Shown here: piece after piece, positions 20,181 to 30,124 of the stretch
How the letters are laid out: every line of letters begins with the position of its first letter
How positions within the stretch are numbered: position 1 is the first letter of the stretch
Assembly: GCA_965248575.1 (NCBI GenBank)
Contig: CBDFJQ010000002.1
Span: 2,176,001-2,240,000, forward strand
Direction: 5' to 3'
Length of the DNA: 64,000 nt
DNA from: Planctomycetota bacterium
GTDB taxonomy: Bacteria; Planctomycetota; B15-G4
Translations under genes and position numbers: made by a program
The notes under the pieces: model-generated
What the model was told of the DNA's origin: nothing
The model's database searches: none
What the model saw: the letters and a program-made list of their open reading frames with translations, nothing else

Positions 20181-21050
20181 ATGCGCGTCGTCTACATCCT
20201 CGCCGAGTACAGCCTGCACAACCAGATCGTGGCGGAGCATCTGGCCGCCCGACCGGACGACGAGATCTCGGTCATCAAGGTGCCGCTCGTGCTGCGTGGG
20301 CGAAGCCGTGGCGAGACCGCATCGCGCATCGTGCCCAAGCTCTCGCGTCGGTTCCTTGCGGGGAAGCTCGTGGAGGCGGCCGTGCTGCTGCTGGTCACGG
20401 CGATGCCCAAGCTGCTGGGGCGGGGCGCCGTGTTCCAGCGCCTGCGCACCATCGCCCGCAAACACCGCCTGCCCTTCCTGCGCACCGAAGACATCATGTC
20501 GTCGGAGGCCTTGGAGTTCATCCGGGACGCCCAGCCGGACGTCGTCACCACCTTGTTCCACCAGATCGTGCGCCAGGCGCTGATCGAGATCCCGCGCCTG
20601 GGAGTGATCAATGTGCACCCCGGCTTGATCCCGGACTATCGCGGCATCCAACCCTACTTCTGGGAGCTGAGCGAGGGCTCACCGCGCGCAGGTGCCAGCG
20701 TGCACTTCATCGAGGATGAGCGCGTGGATGCAGGGCGCCTGTTGGGACAGACGAGCTACCCCATCCAGCCGGGCATGAGTGTGCAGCTCAACTACTGGCT
20801 CACGTGCCGCGCGGCGGGCCGACTGCTGCCCAAGTGCCTTGATGCGTTGGAGGCCGACCGCCTGGACCCGCGTCCCCAGAACCCCGAGTCCGGGGCGTAT
20901 TGGCGCTGGCCAGACAGCGCGGCCTTCGAACGGCTCAAGCAACGAGGCCATTGCCTGATCTCCTGGCGGCAGCTGATGGCGCTGCTCATGGGGCGCCACG
21001 ACCAGCTGCAGGTGGAGGAAGTCCTGTCTCAGCGTGAGCAGGACACCTAG
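20181..21050 (+). CDS. formyltransferase family protein
   Basis: INVHPGLIPDYRG and GASVHFIED..VDAG motifs of the folate-dependent formyltransferase fold. Confidence 0.85.
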   Translation: MRVVYILAEYSLHNQIVAEHLAARPDDEISVIKVPLVLRGRSRGETASRIVPKLSRRFLAGKLVEAAVLLLVTAMPKLLGRGAVFQRLRTIARKHRLPFLRTEDIMSSEALEFIRDAQPDVVTTLFHQIVRQALIEIPRLGVINVHPGLIPDYRGIQPYFWELSEGSPRAGASVHFIEDERVDAGRLLGQTSYPIQPGMSVQLNYWLTCRAAGRLLPKCLDALEADRLDPRPQNPESGAYWRWPDSAAFERLKQRGHCLISWRQLMALLMGRHDQLQVEEVLSQREQDT

Positions 21051-21170
21051 CGCACCGGATCCTCCAGAAGGACGACACCAGGCGTCCGCGGCCCCAGCTG
21101 GTGCTGCCCCCGGCCTGGGTCATCTGCCAGCCACTCGACGACGTGTGCTCCAATCCGGAGTCTGCACGGC

Positions 21171-23474
21171 ATGAAGACTGCCGACCCTGCCCGTCTCAGC
21201 GGCTCAGGCACCGTGAGCCTGTGGTCCGCCCTCGCTCTCCTGTTGCTGGGGGCATGCTCGCTGCCCACGACCTCCGCTGCCCCGGCGCTCTTGCCCAGCA
21301 TGCGTTGGAGCGCGGCGGCGCCCGTCACGCAACAAGGCACGCAACAAGGCACGCAACAAGACGCTCCCGAAGAGGACGTCCACATCCCCCTCTGGCCGCT
21401 CATGGAATGGAGCACCAAGGCGGACGGCTCGGAGCACCTCTCGGCGCTCTTCCTGTTTGACCACGAGACCGGGCCCAACGGCGAGACCGAGCACCTGCGC
21501 ATCGTCAACTGGATGACGGGGCCGGGCTACACCCTCTTCATCCCGCTCTACTACAACCTCGGGCCCGAGGGGGAGCGCGACACGGGCATCTTTCCCATCT
21601 TCCTCTGGGGGCCGGGCTACGGCGTGGCTCCACTCTTCCTCTCCTGGTGGTGGGAGGATCCAGACGGTTCGAGCGCCACGTGGATCACTCCGCTCTACCA
21701 CCACACGCGCAACACCGAAGGCGAGATCGTCGGGCAACACCTGCTCACCTACTACCGCGGCGAAGATGGTTGGGTGGCCTTCCCCCTGGCCTACATCATC
21801 GGGCCCGAGGGAGAGGAAGACCGCGGCCTGTTGCTGCTCTATCACGACGGCCCGGGCTACTGGGTCTCGCCTGTCTTGTTGAGCGGCGCCTTCCAGAACA
21901 CCTTCGGCGGGCGGAGCACCTGGATCACGCCCCTGTATCACAGCGCCACCAACGGCGAAGAGGTGGTCGAGCGGCACGTCCTCACCTACTTCGAGGGGCC
22001 GGGCTACAGGGTGTTGCTGCCCATCGGCTACGACATTGGCCCGCCCGAGGACCGGCACCGGGGCCTGCTCTTGGCGTATCACGACGGCCCCGACTACCGC
22101 ATGTCGCCGCTCTTGCTGAGCGGGCAGTTCGGCTTGGACACCGACACCCCCAGCACTTGGATCACGCCCCTCGTCCATTGGACAGACAGCCCCGACGGCG
22201 TGCGGGACTTCCACATCCTCACGTACTTCCAGGGGCCGGACTACAAGGTGTTCTTCCCGCTGGCCTACAGCTACGGCCCCGAGGGACAGAAGAAGCGCGG
22301 GCTGATTCCGTTCTGGTTCTCCGACGACGAATTCTGGGCCGTGCCCGTAGCCCTCTCGGGCGGTTGGCTGAACCCGGATGGTGGCTGGAGCAACTGGATC
22401 ACTCCCCTTTTCCATCATCGCGACAACCCCAACGGCCAGGACAGCTATCACGCGTTGCTGTGGTTCGAGGGGCCCGACTACCAGGTGCTGTTCCCACTTT
22501 GGTACCGCTACGACGACAACGCTGACGGCGGCTGGGGTCTCTTCCCCTTGTGGCACCAGGAGGCCAACGCCTGGGCCAGCCCGGTCTTGCTGTCCGGACA
22601 CGGGGAGAACGGCTACGGCGGCAGCACCACCTGGATCACGCCCTTGCTGCACTGGTCCACCGACAGCGACGGCCTGCGCGACTTCCACTTCGCCAACTAT
22701 TTCCAGGGACCCGACTACAAGGTGTTCTTCCCCTTGGCGTGGAGCGTTGGCTCAGGGGAACAGCGCTCGCGAGGCATCTTCCCGCTCTACATGGAGGGAC
22801 CGGACTACGGTACCAGCCCGCTGCTCTTGTCCGGCTGGTGGACGGCGGAGGACGGCGACACGTCCACTTGGATCACGCCCTTCTACCACCACACCTATGG
22901 GCCGCCGCTGCCAACCGAGGTCAGCTCCGAACTCGCATCCGAGGCGACGCTCGATCCGAGCACAGCGCAAGCGGAGGTCCTGCGCAGCCGGCATTTCTTC
23001 AACTGGTACCAGAGTGAAGACCTCTCCACCTTCTTCCCGCTGTACTGGAATTACAGCACCGACGAGGGCCACCGCCGCAACATGCTGCTGCCCTTCTTCT
23101 GGCAGACCGATTACGCGGACGGAGATTCGGTGACCTCCATCCTTCCGCCGCTGATCGCCTCACGCAGCGGCGCTGAACTCAACACGGAGCTGCCCTACCA
23201 GTTCATTCCCTTCTCCTATCAAGAGGCGGGTGAGGAGGGGCAGGACTGGGAGTTCAATTTCCTGTGGCGGCTGTTCCACCTGCGCCAGCAGGGCGACGTG
23301 AAGACCACGACCATCGGGCCGCTGTGGTACTCCGAGAGCAAGCCTGGGCTGCCGACGGACTACAAGATCCTCGGCGGCCTGTTCGCCCGCGACGTCTTCG
23401 AGACGCGCGGCACCGTTCGCTACCGGGCCCTCTGGTTCCTGAGCTTCGGCGAAGAAGAGCTCAGTAAATGGTGA
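21171..23474 (+). CDS. aromatic-rich repeat protein, putative lipoprotein, with 79 aa repeats
   Basis: Lipobox-like LLGAC; WITP motifs at 21681, 21921, 22158, 22395, 22632, 22869. Confidence 0.75.
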   Translation: MKTADPARLSGSGTVSLWSALALLLLGACSLPTTSAAPALLPSMRWSAAAPVTQQGTQQGTQQDAPEEDVHIPLWPLMEWSTKADGSEHLSALFLFDHETGPNGETEHLRIVNWMTGPGYTLFIPLYYNLGPEGERDTGIFPIFLWGPGYGVAPLFLSWWWEDPDGSSATWITPLYHHTRNTEGEIVGQHLLTYYRGEDGWVAFPLAYIIGPEGEEDRGLLLLYHDGPGYWVSPVLLSGAFQNTFGGRSTWITPLYHSATNGEEVVERHVLTYFEGPGYRVLLPIGYDIGPPEDRHRGLLLAYHDGPDYRMSPLLLSGQFGLDTDTPSTWITPLVHWTDSPDGVRDFHILTYFQGPDYKVFFPLAYSYGPEGQKKRGLIPFWFSDDEFWAVPVALSGGWLNPDGGWSNWITPLFHHRDNPNGQDSYHALLWFEGPDYQVLFPLWYRYDDNADGGWGLFPLWHQEANAWASPVLLSGHGENGYGGSTTWITPLLHWSTDSDGLRDFHFANYFQGPDYKVFFPLAWSVGSGEQRSRGIFPLYMEGPDYGTSPLLLSGWWTAEDGDTSTWITPFYHHTYGPPLPTEVSSELASEATLDPSTAQAEVLRSRHFFNWYQSEDLSTFFPLYWNYSTDEGHRRNMLLPFFWQTDYADGDSVTSILPPLIASRSGAELNTELPYQFIPFSYQEAGEEGQDWEFNFLWRLFHLRQQGDVKTTTIGPLWYSESKPGLPTDYKILGGLFARDVFETRGTVRYRALWFLSFGEEELSKW
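21326..21360 (+). repeat. 12 bp tandem repeat CACGCAACAAGG, about 3 copies, in frame (TQQG)
   Basis: Read directly from the sequence. Confidence 0.9.
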
Positions 23475-24921
23475 TCTTGCCGGCCTTGCTGAACGCCCAG
23501 CCGCCACTGTTGGGCGCCCCGGGGTCCTTGACCAACCACTGCACCCAGTAGTCGCCGTACTGCGCGTTGGCGGGGATCGGCAAGGACAGCTCCGCGTTGC
23601 CATTGGCATCCACAGCTGCACCGAACAGGAAGTCGGCCGACACGTAGAGGTCGGCGTTGGGTGCCCCGATGCTGCCCATGTTCAGCGGCAACTGGCTCAG
23701 CCCCCATTGCGTGTTGCTGTTGCCCACCACGAGCCAGGCCGAGCTGTTGGGGCGGGCGTTCGTGAGGCGCATGGCGAAGCGTGCGTTGCCCGGCGTGGCG
23801 GGGCCATAGGACCACCAGATCTCCGGCTCTTCACCATTCGTGCCGTCGGAACCCTCACCGAAGCCCGGGAAGAAGTCGATGGCGTAGACACCCTTGAGTC
23901 CGGCTGCGGTGTCGTTCATCTGGTTCACGTAGACCGCATCGTGATCCGGGATGCTCTCCCAGGCGTCCGAATAGGTGCTGCCCGTGTTGAGGCGGTTGTT
24001 GTCCCAGACACCCACTTCGACCGGGTTGTTGGTGTCCGAGAGATCGAGCACCCGCAGCTGCTCCTTGTAGTAGGCCACGTAGGCGTACATGCCCTTCACC
24101 TCGAGATTGTGCACCGAGGTGCTCGTGTCCGCCGTCTGGTAGGAGGAGAGGAAGGTCGGGTTCGCCGGGTCATCCACGTTGAACAAGTTGACGTGACCGC
24201 CGCCCTGCTCATCACAGGTCAGGAGTACCCGCTCGCCGTTCGGGCGCGTGAACAGGGCGCTCTGGTGGTTGCCCTGGGGCAAGGTCCCCAGCTGGATCAC
24301 GTTGCCAGGGTCCGACACATCCAGGATGCGCGTCGGATTCGTCTGGAAGCCATTGACGTAACAGATGTCCCCGTCGGGCCGGCTGTCGTGGGCGTAGCCT
24401 GACCAGAAACCCAACTGCACCGGATTGGTGGGGTCCTGGGTCAGGTCGTAGATGAGCATGCTGCTCGAACGGTTCATGTAGAGCCGCCCGTTGGTCTGGT
24501 CGATGCGCAGGGTGTGTGCGCTGGCCGTGATGGATCCCACGATCTGCGGGTTGGCCACATCCGTGAGGTCAATGATGGTCAGCGGCGTGCTGTCGGAGGT
24601 GGTGTAGGCGTAGTTCTGCCAGACCTGCACCTTGCGGTAGGTGCCCGGGACATTGCTCACCAAGACCGGGTTGCTCGTGTCCGACATATCGATGATCGCC
24701 ATGCCATTGAAGCCCCGGGTCTGCAGGCAATACTGCTTGCCACCCGCCTCGTAGGCCCAGAGCCCCTTGGTCTTGTCGCTGCCAGGCAAGGAGACGAAGC
24801 CACGCTCCATGGTGTTCGTGCGCAGGATCTGCGCCCCGGCATCCGGTTGCCCCGCCAGCAGGACAGCAGCAGCAAGGGCGGGAAGCAAGGCGACGCGCAG
24901 TCGCGGCAGCAGATTCACCAT
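23461..24921 (-). CDS. secreted LVIVD-repeat beta-propeller protein with divergent C-terminal domain
   Basis: Signal peptide; repeats such as IIDMSDTSNPVLV, IIDLTDVANPQIV, VLDLSDTNNPVEV. Confidence 0.85.
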   Translation of the reverse strand: MVNLLPRLRVALLPALAAAVLLAGQPDAGAQILRTNTMERGFVSLPGSDKTKGLWAYEAGGKQYCLQTRGFNGMAIIDMSDTSNPVLVSNVPGTYRKVQVWQNYAYTTSDSTPLTIIDLTDVANPQIVGSITASAHTLRIDQTNGRLYMNRSSSMLIYDLTQDPTNPVQLGFWSGYAHDSRPDGDICYVNGFQTNPTRILDVSDPGNVIQLGTLPQGNHQSALFTRPNGERVLLTCDEQGGGHVNLFNVDDPANPTFLSSYQTADTSTSVHNLEVKGMYAYVAYYKEQLRVLDLSDTNNPVEVGVWDNNRLNTGSTYSDAWESIPDHDAVYVNQMNDTAAGLKGVYAIDFFPGFGEGSDGTNGEEPEIWWSYGPATPGNARFAMRLTNARPNSSAWLVVGNSNTQWGLSQLPLNMGSIGAPNADLYVSADFLFGAAVDANGNAELSLPIPANAQYGDYWVQWLVKDPGAPNSGGWAFSKAGKITIY

Positions 24922-25035
24922 GGTCGAAGCACTCCGGGCGACAGGGCTTGGGCGCGGCCTGATTGGGCACGCCGAGCGGACCACGGTAACCCCAGTCGCT
25001 GGAGCCGCACAGAGTCCAAGAGCCGCGAATTCCCT

Positions 25036-26532
25036 TCAGCGGGTGTAACCCAGGGAACGCAACTCCTCCAACCGGTCCTCATCCACCGGACGGACATCGG
25101 GAGCCACGCCGCCATGCGCCTCCATCTCCTCCAGGTGGGCATCCAGCCGCTTGCGCAACTGGCGCACGGTGTCCGCTTCCTGCTTGGCGAGGTTCCACTG
25201 CTCCCCCGGATCGAGCAGGCGGTCGTAGAGCCATTCTTCTTCCGTGTACAGGTCGACCAGATAGCTGTAGCGCCTGGTGCGCACCGAGTAGAGACCGGGC
25301 GTCAGGCGAGCAGCGGAGGCAAAGCTGAAGTCATCGCCCCCTACCGAGCGAGGAGCTTCCGGCAAGCCCAACTCCCGAACGCGGCTCAGCCCCTGCACCG
25401 AATCGGGTGACTCTCCCCCCGCCAGGGCGACGAGCGTCGGATAGATGTCGATGCTCTGCACTGCGGACGTCACGCGTCGACCGCCACCCAGCCCTCCGGG
25501 GGCGCGCAGGAACAGGGGAACATGGACCTGGTGATGCTGCAAAGTGAAGCCGTGCGCCCAGTGTCCGTGCTCCGCCAGCTCCTCGCCGTGATCCGAAGTA
25601 AAGACCAACCAGCTCTCGTCCAGGAGCCCCGACGTCCGCAGGCCATCCAGGAAGAAGGACAGGCGGCGGTCGAAGGCGCGCACGTTGGCGGCGTAGCGGC
25701 TGCGCCACTCGACAAGGCTCAGGCTGCTCAAGTTGTCGGCGAGGTAGGCGGGCGGTGCTTCGCTCAGTCGACGATCCGCCCCCAGATTGGGGCTGGACTT
25801 CAAGGCTCGGGCATCCGTGAACGGCGCGTGAAAGGGATCGTGCACATCCATCAGATGCAAGTAGAGGAAGAAGGGTCGCTCGTCGTCCCGCTCCGCCAAC
25901 CAATCCCGCGCCTGGGCCAGGAAGATGTCGCACGGCAGTGAGCGCCCGGTCTGATCGTCGGCATAGACATCGAAGCCCTGGCCGAAACCAAACTCGCCGG
26001 CGATCCATGGGTTCGACACGAAGGCTGCGGTGGCGTAACCAGCCTCCCGGAAGGACTCCGCGAGGGTCACGGATTCCTGGGGCAGCACGCCCGTTTGCAG
26101 CGACTCGTCCTCCGTCGCATCACTCCAGAACATGCCGTTGTGGTTCGTGAGCTGGTGAACCCGCGGGTAGGTGGACGTCATGATCGATGCCATCGACGGC
26201 TTCGTCCACGGGGCCTGGCTCAGGCAGTTGTCGAAGACCACGGACTCTGCGGCCAAGGCATCCAGGTGTGGCGAGATCTCTCCCTCGAAGCCGTAGCTCC
26301 CGAGGAAGTCGGCGCGCAGGGTGTCCGCCAGAATGAAGATCACGTTGGGTGGGCGAGGAGGCTGGGGGGTGGCAGCTTGCCCCCGGCTCGAATCTCCCGC
26401 TGCTTCGCGGCAGCCGGCCTGGATCAGGATCAGGATCAAGCTCAGCACGGGCATGGGCCCCGCGGCCCGCATGAGCAGGGGCGGCAATCCAAGGCTGCGT
26501 CGCGCTGATGGATTGCGTTGCGAAGTGCTCAT
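25036..26532 (-). CDS. sulfatase-like hydrolase
   Basis: NVIFILADTLRAD, SQAPWTKPS, HLMDVHDP, SDHGEE, LRSLGY. Confidence 0.88.
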   Translation of the reverse strand: MSTSQRNPSARRSLGLPPLLMRAAGPMPVLSLILILIQAGCREAAGDSSRGQAATPQPPRPPNVIFILADTLRADFLGSYGFEGEISPHLDALAAESVVFDNCLSQAPWTKPSMASIMTSTYPRVHQLTNHNGMFWSDATEDESLQTGVLPQESVTLAESFREAGYATAAFVSNPWIAGEFGFGQGFDVYADDQTGRSLPCDIFLAQARDWLAERDDERPFFLYLHLMDVHDPFHAPFTDARALKSSPNLGADRRLSEAPPAYLADNLSSLSLVEWRSRYAANVRAFDRRLSFFLDGLRTSGLLDESWLVFTSDHGEELAEHGHWAHGFTLQHHQVHVPLFLRAPGGLGGGRRVTSAVQSIDIYPTLVALAGGESPDSVQGLSRVRELGLPEAPRSVGGDDFSFASAARLTPGLYSVRTRRYSYLVDLYTEEEWLYDRLLDPGEQWNLAKQEADTVRQLRKRLDAHLEEMEAHGGVAPDVRPVDEDRLEELRSLGYTR

Positions 26533-27434
26533 CCGTCGGCTCCAGGGTCAGCTCCGGGCGCATCCGTATCGGCAGCTCCCGAAGAGCTTCCGGCGGCGAG
26601 CGCGTCCAGGAGTTGGCGGGCGGCGCCGTGTTCCGGTTGCAGCGCCACAAGGCGCTGCAGGACCACGCGAGCCTGCTCTGGCTGTCCCTGTGCCTGGAGG
26701 GAGACACCCAATTCATAGAGCGAACGCGCCCGTTCCGGCTGCTCCGCCACCAGAGCCCGAAGCACCTGCACGGACTCGGCGAGCTTCCCCGCCAGCCGGG
26801 CCGAGTAACCGAGGTTGTGGCGAGCGTTGCCGCTCTGGGGGTCGAGGCGGACCGCAGCCTCGAAAGCAGTGCGGGCCGCTTCGGCGTGTTCGCGGGCGAC
26901 GGCCGCTGAGTCGGCGGTCGGGCCCGCCCCCAGACACTCATCCCTCAAGGCAAGCATGCCGAAGCCGAGCCACTCGTGGACGAGCACATCCTCGCTCCGC
27001 GCAAGCGCTTGCCTGAACTCATCGAGGGCCGCTTCCACGTTGGCCTTCCCGCCCTCCTTGATGAACAACTGGCCACGAACAAAGAGCGCCTGTCGATTCA
27101 TGGGATCCAATTGGACGGCGTGTTCCAGGCTCTGGGCAGCGAGTTCCAACTCGCCGTCTCCGATCTGCTTCAGTGCATCGGCGACGCCGCGCTCAGCCCG
27201 GGCGAAACGAGCGCCGGCAGGCAGGACCGAGGGCGTAGGGAGCTCGGCCTGAGCTTCCTCCGAGGGGCCGGACTCCACCGGGGGACGGGACTCCACTGGC
27301 TCCGTCCGCTCGGTGCACGCTCCGAGCGTGACGAGCACGACCGAGACGACGCACGGAAGGTGTGGACGACGCTCGCAGTCACGCGCGTGGCGTCTGGGGT
27401 CGTCCCTGCGGCTGGGTCGCGGCTCAGTGGGCAC
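26529..27434 (-). CDS. tetratricopeptide-repeat protein, putative lipoprotein
   Basis: LGAC lipobox; helical repeats AVQLDP, AVRLDP, LVALQP; stop overlaps the sulfatase start. Confidence 0.8.
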   Translation of the reverse strand: MPTEPRPSRRDDPRRHARDCERRPHLPCVVSVVLVTLGACTERTEPVESRPPVESGPSEEAQAELPTPSVLPAGARFARAERGVADALKQIGDGELELAAQSLEHAVQLDPMNRQALFVRGQLFIKEGGKANVEAALDEFRQALARSEDVLVHEWLGFGMLALRDECLGAGPTADSAAVAREHAEAARTAFEAAVRLDPQSGNARHNLGYSARLAGKLAESVQVLRALVAEQPERARSLYELGVSLQAQGQPEQARVVLQRLVALQPEHGAARQLLDALAAGSSSGAADTDAPGADPGADG

Positions 27435-27509
27435 TCTGGCTTCCGGTCGGGGCTGCGTCTCGCAAAGGCTAGCTTGCTTTGGGCGGGGAGGAAAACCAAC
27501 CCCGACGCT

Positions 27510-28526
27510 TCAGCTCGAGCTGGCCGCCGAGGCGGCAGCCGTGGCCCCCGCCATCGCCGCAATCATGGCCGCCTGCTGGGCCTGCAGGATCGCCTGCACG
27601 GCCAAGACGTTCCGCGCCCCTCTGAGGGACTCGGCCTCGGGGGTCGCCACCAGCTCCAGGAAAGCCGTGCCGCAGGCGAGACTGAAGCCAAGCTCCCTGC
27701 CGGGCCGGGGCTTCTTGGACTGCAGGTGCTCGCGGTGCTTCAAGACCCGCGCCACGACGTGTTCGGCGGATTGGGGCAGGAAGCTCAGGACCGCCACTTC
27801 ATCGTAGTCGCCTGTGTTCATCCACAGGCCCGCGTCGTCGAAAGCCTGATAGAGCGCGCGGAAGTGCTGCATCAGCACGGTGTCATCCTGCTCCCCGCAA
27901 ACCAGGATATGGGACACCGCCTGCAAGGCGTTGCCACGCTTGAAGCCCAGGTCGCGCAGGCCCTCGTAGAAGGTCTCGCAACGAGCGGCCACCGACGGGG
28001 CACTGCCGACTTCCCCTGCAAGCAGCGCGCAGGCGGGAAGGTCGTCCTGCCCTGTCAGGAAACCGTGATGCGCCTTCATCTCCGCATAGATCTCGCCGTA
28101 GCGACGCACCATGGTCTGGTCGACACGCTTGCCTTCCCGCTGCGCTCGTCCCATGAGCAGCAAGCACGCCAGCTGCGTGTACACCGTGCCCGACTTCAGG
28201 CGCTCAGCCTTGAACAAGGCCTCGATCCGTTCGACTTCGACTGAGAACGCAGCCGCATCCAGACCGCTGTGCATGAGCACCGCCGCGACCACGAAGCGCA
28301 CCTGCGACTTCATGGGTTGGAACCAACGCGCGCCCTGCTCGAGCTGCTGGGCCGTCTCGCGCAATCTCCGTGCGACCTGCGTCGGTTCGCCTGGCAGCGT
28401 GATCAAGGACGAGGCAGCGAAGCGCAGGGCCGACACATCGTCGGTCCAGGACTTGTCCGCCAGGAGGGCGGCCAGGAGATCACAGAAGCGCTGCAGCGGC
28501 TGGCTTGGAAGCTCGGGCTGGGTCAT
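27510..28526 (-). CDS. DUF4003-like protein
   Basis: YAEMKAHHGFLTGQDD, GFKRGNALQAVSHIL, and an Ala/Ser-rich C-terminal tail. Confidence 0.7.
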   Translation of the reverse strand: MTQPELPSQPLQRFCDLLAALLADKSWTDDVSALRFAASSLITLPGEPTQVARRLRETAQQLEQGARWFQPMKSQVRFVVAAVLMHSGLDAAAFSVEVERIEALFKAERLKSGTVYTQLACLLLMGRAQREGKRVDQTMVRRYGEIYAEMKAHHGFLTGQDDLPACALLAGEVGSAPSVAARCETFYEGLRDLGFKRGNALQAVSHILVCGEQDDTVLMQHFRALYQAFDDAGLWMNTGDYDEVAVLSFLPQSAEHVVARVLKHREHLQSKKPRPGRELGFSLACGTAFLELVATPEAESLRGARNVLAVQAILQAQQAAMIAAMAGATAAASAASSS

Positions 28527-28595
28527 GCAAGGGCTCTCACTCAGTCGAAGGAGAGCCTAGTGTGCAAGAAGGACCAGCCCGAGCGCAGCTCGGAA

Positions 28596-29336
28596 TCAGT
28601 TGCAGTCGTCCTGCTCGCTCAACGTCTTTGGCGCCTCGGTGGGCCGGAGGCGTACATGCGTCTTCACGGTCCCAGCACCACCCACGTTGTCGGCACGCAG
28701 CGTGAAGAAACCGAAGGCCGTGAGCCCCAGGGGCAGCTTGTCGATACGGATCAAATCGGGCAGCTGGAAGGTCACGCTGGTCAAGGACACCGGGCCATTC
28801 GGTCCTTCCAGGGAAGGGTTCGCGAAGCGCGGCCCGTTGGTGGCCGCCGCGATGGATGCGGACAGACCGTAGCCAGCGAGGGCGTTGAAGCTCACCTCGA
28901 CCGTGTCGCCACCCATCACCGAGTGCGTCGCCACGAGCTTGAGGGCATCCGGGCGCACGCGTCCCACGGTGTCCACCTCGTACAGACCCACCGAGCCATC
29001 GGAACTGGAAATACGCAGCTCGTAGCGCCCGGGGTTGGAGAGCACCAAGACTCCGAGGACCACACTCGAACCACCGGAGACATCCGCCAGCACGTTGCCC
29101 GTCCCCAGCTCTGTCAGCATGACGCGCGGGTTCAGGGCCGAGGCCCCCACCGCATCCACTTGCACGCGCAGCACCGTTCCCGCGAGGGCATCAAACTCCA
29201 GGACGTCGACATCTGCGGGGTCGCAGATCTCGCCTTGGAACTCGTCGTTCAAATTCAGATAGGCGTCGAGGGCCGAACCTCCGGCAAGGAGGAGGGCGAG
29301 CGCCACAGCAATCCGGGCAAAGACTGGCTGGCTCAT
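28596..29336 (-). CDS. secreted hypothetical protein with a pre-peptidase (PPC)-like beta-sandwich
   Basis: Signal peptide; GEI...DVDVLEFDALAG...GRYELRI...GLY. Confidence 0.6.
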   Translation of the reverse strand: MSQPVFARIAVALALLLAGGSALDAYLNLNDEFQGEICDPADVDVLEFDALAGTVLRVQVDAVGASALNPRVMLTELGTGNVLADVSGGSSVVLGVLVLSNPGRYELRISSSDGSVGLYEVDTVGRVRPDALKLVATHSVMGGDTVEVSFNALAGYGLSASIAAATNGPRFANPSLEGPNGPVSLTSVTFQLPDLIRIDKLPLGLTAFGFFTLRADNVGGAGTVKTHVRLRPTEAPKTLSEQDDCN

Positions 29337-29698
29337 GACTCAGGGATCCATATCGGGAGATCGGGTGATCGGCTGGATGGTCGTTGGGTAGGGCAGTGCC
29401 GCTCCGCAACAGAATCGCGCCTGCGAGTACGCAGGGGCCACTCAGAGGGAATCGACGCGGGAGAGGAGCTCGAACTTGTGACCACCGGTTCATGACCTGT
29501 CGGGGAGGCGGTGGCGGTCGGGCACATCCCTTTTCACTGCCTGCTAGAGCAGCCCGCGACCCGAGAGTCACAGAATTCTTCCCTGTTGTTTTCCGTGAAG
29601 ATCTCCGGCCCCGCGCGCCACCGGAGGCCCTGTCCACTTGAGCATTCTGCTTCGAGAGTCGCTCAAGGGATCCGGGGGCAACGCGAGACTGCGGTGAC

Positions 29699-29998
29699 CT
29701 ACTTCTTGTTGCTGAACGACATCTTGACCCACTTGCTCTTGGCCTTGTGCGGATCCTCGAGGATCCAGATGTCCTCCGTGTCAGCCAGGTGCCAGGAGTC
29801 GTAGATCATGTACTTGTCGACTTCCTTGGCCGAGGCGTGGCCGATCGCCATGCGGTAGCGGGCCTTGTCCGCCTCCACGGTGACCGTACCGGTGCCCTTG
29901 GTGCCCACCGAACTCTGGGCGGTGGCCCAAGAAGCCACCACGACGATCAGGGCCGTGGTCAGGGCCAGACTTGCTGCTTTCCAATGGGATTCCTTCAT
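29699..29998 (-). CDS. small exported hypothetical protein
   Basis: ATG after AGAAGG; hydrophobic N-terminal segment; typical codon bias. Confidence 0.7.
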   Translation of the reverse strand: MKESHWKAASLALTTALIVVVASWATAQSSVGTKGTGTVTVEADKARYRMAIGHASAKEVDKYMIYDSWHLADTEDIWILEDPHKAKSKWVKMSFSNKK

Positions 29999-30124
29999 CC
30001 TTCTAGCTCTCCTTGTCCTCGTACATGGGCCTCGTCAGGCATCCCCTGATCGAGCTCGATCACACATGGATCGGGTCAACGATCTCATGTGCCGGGATGC
30101 GCAGGAACTTGCAGCGTAGCGAAG

